Positions 61,871-64,000 of a stretch of DNA of 64,000 bases are shown in pieces (position 1 is the first letter of the stretch; every line of letters begins with the position of its first letter). Both the position numbers and the translations under genes were made by a program. The stretch comes from Balanoglossus misakiensis (lineage: Eukaryota > Animalia > Hemichordata): positions 3,340,699 to 3,404,698 of the forward strand of contig CM082581.2 in assembly GCA_040954595.2 (NCBI GenBank), read 5' to 3'. The notes under the pieces were generated by a model. The model saw only the letters and a program-made list of their open reading frames with translations. It had not been told where the DNA came from and searched no databases.

Positions 61871-64000
61871 TTAACTTGGTCAAAGCAGCCCAGTCATCTA
61901 ATGCGTGACACAGGTATCTCATCAGAGTCCCAAGTGAATGCTTCACGACACAAGTCTGTTGTCGGCTAAAAGGTACACACAAGTTCTATTAGACTCTATG
62001 GCAGTCGCTGTGTGTTGATAAGAGTGGAACTTTCATATAAGGTACAACGCGCCGCCAGGCAAAGCGACTGTACGTTTCTGTACACATATATTTGATATGA
62101 ATATTCATGAGCAGCGTTAATTCGCATATAGAACATCTAGAAGCGCACACAAGCTCGCGATAACGTCCAAAAATGTGTATTCTGTACGTGGTATGTACGC
62201 GTACAGAACATCAGGTGGACGCGACACTAATTTGATTGACAGACATACGAGGTTCGAATGTCCTCCGCTACTTACTAAAATCTGCTAATACCACTTGAGG
62301 GCGTTTACAGAATCGGCAAGACTGTGTGATTCGCGTCGCGTCCACAGGACGTTCTATACGTAACGCGAACGCGCATTTCAGTATCACACAGTCCTGGAGC
62401 AAGACTAAAGTTCTATATACATTTGTGTTGCAAACTGATGTGATTGCCTTTTGTTTCATATCATTACTAGAGAAAAACTGCGGAAGTCTGAAGGTAGACT
62501 CGAGAGCTTGTAATAAAATCTTGTGCTTGTGTGCAAGGCAACTCACTGGCCAGCCTGCTTGCTGATATCATTTTCAGAGCTAAAAGTAAATCATTACATG
62601 AAATTGTACTCAACATTACATAATAATCATGACAATTATGACGTCCATGGATAGTAGCTCCCGTCATGTTATCTGAACAAAACGGCAGTCTAAATACATC
62701 CATATTGCACTGTATGATACAGTACTATCATAACACAAATAAACATGCATACATGTATGTCTGTGAACACTAGCTGCATGGTGCATGTCCACGCCTGTCA
62801 CAACCTTTCACTCCCATTTCTATTAAAGAAGGTGGTGAAAGGGTTAACAGCTTTGAGAATTCCTAGATTAAATTTCTTTGCATCAAACCTATAGCTTTAC
62901 ATGAAATTTGATAATTTTCTTGCCAATTAGTGGCGCATCATATTGATGGTGCACCAAGTATGTCTTTAATGAACATCAAAACAGCATGCACGTTCATTCG
63001 CACTAAATTTTACGGTGTTTCTGTAGACACAACAACAGCACACACCATTCCAGATTCACCTAGTAATTATACATTCATCAACTATCACTACTGTCAGAGA
63101 TGACACATAATGAAAGTGATCTCTGTAGCCATTTGTAAATTACATCCACTCCAGTTCTTGTCCCAGATGTTCTCCAATCTCAGCAGACTTGTTGCAGTAA
63201 TACGCTGATGCTTGTTTGTTGCCAAGGTTGGACAGTATATGTGCATACTCCAAATATATGGCCGAAACCACTTTCTGTGCATAGTCATAAGGAAAACAAA
63301 ACGAAATATTTTGCAACACAAAAAGTCAAACTACCTTGCAGGTTTTCAATTATCTATCATTTGATTGAGAAGGGGCAAACATCACCTAGGACACATTGAA
63401 ATGTCTGTGTTCAACTCTGATGTGCTGATTGACAGGTGCATATGAGCTGTTGCTTGCTTCCAATTGAGTTCGAGTGAAATTCAGGGAGGTCTACTGACTA
63501 AGAGTAATAATTAGAAAACACCGCTAATCAAACCTGTACTGATCAAAAGGATATTTGTTTCTCCAGTTTCTGGTAGGAGCCCGAATTCGGAACAAGCCTC
63601 GGCAAAGAGTGCCGCCCGATCAAAATAATGCATACTAGAAGGAAGAATAAGCACAAATTATTTAGTGCAGGAATAAGACTGTTGTTAGAAGCTTCATCAA
63701 CGCACCCCCCCCCCCCCCCTCCCAACAATTTCAGTTTGCTGCTCATCAATGAATTATGAATATTTCTTCTTTCAGTGCAAATCCAATCCTGATTTCCATA
63801 CAAACTGCAGACACCGTGTTGTTGTTCTTTGACAGTCTTTCCGTCGTGTTTTAATGAAAACTGAGTGAATCGGAGTAACTTTTAATAAGTGGCAGCTGCT
63901 CACCCACCTGTACAGGATTTCTAAGGCTCTTTGAAATAGACCCAGTGAAATCATCACCAATACTGCTTTGCTTTTCTGATTGACTTCAGGTAAACACAGA

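Noticed and set aside
63543-63960. Minus-strand ORFs at the right edge
   Set aside because: Interrupted by a poly-C run and stops; no identifiable family.

Overview
Intron-rich, AT-rich animal genomic DNA, probably a marine invertebrate deuterostome (taxon is inference only). It holds three host genes. (1) A KNDC1/very-KIND orthologue on the minus strand: 15 coding exons from ATG 23682 down to 435, two KIND domains and a RasGEF-N/REM domain; the CDC25 GEF domain lies beyond the left edge. (2) A PAIP2-like translational repressor on the minus strand (34508-32987) with a clear PAM1 but no visible PAM2. (3) An intronless 5-HT7-like serotonin GPCR on the plus strand (48352-49770). Introns and intergenic DNA are packed with small non-autonomous DNA transposons (TTAA Kolobok-like and piggyBac-like, TWA PIF/Harbinger-like, TA Tc1/pogo-like, 7- and 9-bp-TSD elements) and decayed pogo, hAT, LINE and possibly BEL/Pao coding relics. 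No CRISPR, rRNA or convincing tRNA. I cannot show a new multi-gene system. The most unusual signals are a roughly tenfold excess of TACATGTA that behaves like a transposon excision footprint, the PAM2-less PAIP2, a spacerless 72-bp palindromic insertion with a 9-bp TSD, foldback MITEs tightly bracketing a KNDC1 exon, and three upstream ATGs stacked in front of the 5-HT7 start.
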